A stretch of 48,311 nucleotides of DNA, taken from contig CAJINV010000006.1 in NCBI GenBank assembly GCA_905178155.1, positions 1,067,516 through 1,115,826 of the forward strand, given 5' to 3'. The notes under the pieces are model-generated. The model saw nothing but the letters and a program-made list of their open reading frames with translations, was not told the origin of the DNA and made no database searches. The first letter of the stretch is position 1. The number at the start of each line of letters is the position of its first letter. This document shows positions 46,633-48,311 of this stretch, in pieces. Source of the stretch: Amoebophrya sp. A120 (Eukaryota > Protista > Dinoflagellata). The position numbers and the translations under genes were made by a program.

Positions 46633-48065
46633 ATGAAGATGTCTCGGAACAAGTCCCTGACCATGATGAAGAAAATGTCAGTCGCTCCTGCGCCTCTGAC
46701 TGCAGCTGTTTGCAGCGTGCTGGTCGTATTATTACACGCGTTGTGCTGCGGGTGGTCCTCGTATGGATTGCAAAAATGTCTGGGTCTGGAAAGTTGAGCT
46801 TGTGAAGATGCTGCGTTTGGATTCTAAAAAAATCTGTATTGCATGAGCAGCAAAGAGAGTGCAATTTTTGCTACACGGAATAAAGGGCATAATTTGTCAT
46901 GCGGTATAGGCATCAGGAAGCCCTCATAAAATCTGTGATGGTACTAGGGCATGCATCACAGACATCAGGAGTCACGCAAAATGTGCATGACAGACCTTGG
47001 ATCCTTCCAGACCCAGACATATTTGCATTTGATACCTCGTTTTCTTGCGTGACGAGCGTTCGTGCAGTCCTTCTCCTTGCCAGTCCCAGAAGCCGCGGGC
47101 AGCCTCGTGGCGGAAGCAGGGGTAGCAGCAGAGGTCGTCGTGGTCATGCCGGAACGGGTACAGGGGTGGTGCCGGGTATGGGCGTGTCAGGATTGAAATC
47201 GTCAGAGTTGAAATAGTTTGTCATGTTGCATGAATTGCAAGGCATGAAGCGCCTCTCTTGCAGGGATGGCAAGTGAGGCCGACTGTCAGCCTGTTTGGGG
47301 TCTGCGGTCGAGCTGCGAAATAAAGTAGCATGACAAAAGAGGACGCCTTCTGGGGCCCCTAAACAGCATGACAAACTGAATTTACACGGTGCAGAGATCA
47401 TCTGTCATGCGCCGCTTGGAAATTGGGCTTCCAACTGGTATCGATTTTATGCATGGCAAACTCTTTCAACTCTGACGATTTCAATCCTGACGCTTCCATA
47501 CTGGGCGCGGAGCAAGGTGGAAAGGCCGCGTCGGACCAAGGGGCGCACTGGGGCGACGTGCCGGACCCAGTTTGGGCCGTGATCAACGAAGGCGCACGCG
47601 CGCGTTCGTATCCGGGCTGGTCCGACTTGATTTCGCTTTTCAGAATCGTGTTTTCCGGTGAGCTCCAACCGGGGGCCGCCCAGCTGGAGCACGCCCGAGA
47701 CGCGGTGTTGCTGGGGACCATCCAGCGTGCGTGGGGTTCTGAAACGGGACTACCGATCACTCCGGTCGAAGAAGGTTTGATTCGGTGGCATCTCTTTTTC
47801 CAGGCGTGGAGCACGTTTCCCCAACAGGTTGTCTCGCCGCTTGCCGAAGTAAGCAGGCGCTTTCGCGGCTTTTCTTCGGTGCGCCAGCCGGCCCGCCTGG
47901 GCCAGTTCCTCTCGGAGGAGCTTTTCGCTACGAGTCACGTCGGATGGCAGCAATCCACCGGGCCGGGCGAGTACATTGCGGGTCAGCAGTTCGCTTCCAA
48001 GTTTCTCGCCACGTTCGAGACGGCTCTCAAGCGGCCGGGTGCCGCAACGTACCTGCGGGATGGTA
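46633..48065 (+). CDS. Gene 5 (3'-partial): signal-peptide-bearing protein of unknown family
   Basis: Exons 46633-46761, 47040-47176, 47506-48065 in frame; hydrophobic AVCSVLVVLLHALCCGW; Gly/Arg-rich linker; continues beyond window. Confidence 0.75.
46762..47034. mobile_element. Introner family A
   Basis: DR CCTCG; empty site at 24064-24068. Confidence 0.95.
47177..47500. mobile_element. Introner family H
   Basis: ~37-bp TIR with core GTCAGGATTGAAATCGTCAGAGTTGAAA; DR CCGGG/CTGGG. Confidence 0.95.
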
Positions 48066-48311
48066 TATGCATTGCAAATGAGTCTGGGTCTGGAAGATTC
48101 TAAACTTGTAATTATACAAGAGGTGAACACGCTCCACACGTAAAAGGTTAAGCTTGTCGCTTTTCGCTTCTTTGTCTTTCTACTAGTCGCAAGCTACCCT
48201 TGACCCACTCCGCACTAGAAACCAAAAGCAACACACAACAACGACCAGGCAGGCACCCCGCCGCACCCTCACGCACTCCCCACAGGCGCACAGCAAGGCG
48301 ACAGTCCCAGT
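48066..48311. mobile_element. Left end of a family A introner, interrupted at ~48113 by foreign sequence running off the window
   Basis: TATGCATTGCAAATGAGTCTGGGTCTGGAAG; similarity stops after CTTGTAAT. Confidence 0.75.

Noticed and set aside
829-48139. Many short ORFs sharing peptides such as KCKNVWVWK, MSGSG, PDPDIF, NVPTP and CKSIVLV
   Set aside because: They are translations of introner TIRs, not a protein family
1-48311. Autonomous transposase for the introners
   Set aside because: No DDE, HUH or tyrosine-recombinase ORF recognised; the long introners are long only because of nested inserts

Overview
Eukaryotic nuclear DNA from an alveolate, most likely the parasitic dinoflagellate Amoebophrya (inferred from intron architecture, not from a search). 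The window is dominated by about 47 complete and 3 partial introner-type elements, typically 140-380 bp. Nearly all start TAT and end ATA, carry terminal inverted repeats (TIRs) of at least 8 families, and are flanked by a 5-bp direct repeat (DR). Removing each element plus one DR copy joins the fragmented ORFs into genes: (1) a >=1500-aa putative GPI-anchored surface protein (<194-13841); (2) a Cys/Trp-rich secreted family present as an intron-rich copy, an intron-free copy and a fragment; (3) a secreted protein with a permuted papain-like (PPPDE/DeSI-like) His/Cys domain (38337-~44773); (4) a further signal-peptide family (46633->end, plus fragments). Several introners host nested elements: a 5'-truncated non-LTR retrotransposon, a SINE-like element with a 17-bp TSD, and a multi-layer composite. 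A solo LTR, a fold-back MITE and a spliced-leader-like RNA candidate are also present. Most short ORFs in the supplied track are artefacts of introner sequence. Exon joins were derived by hand and need RNA confirmation.
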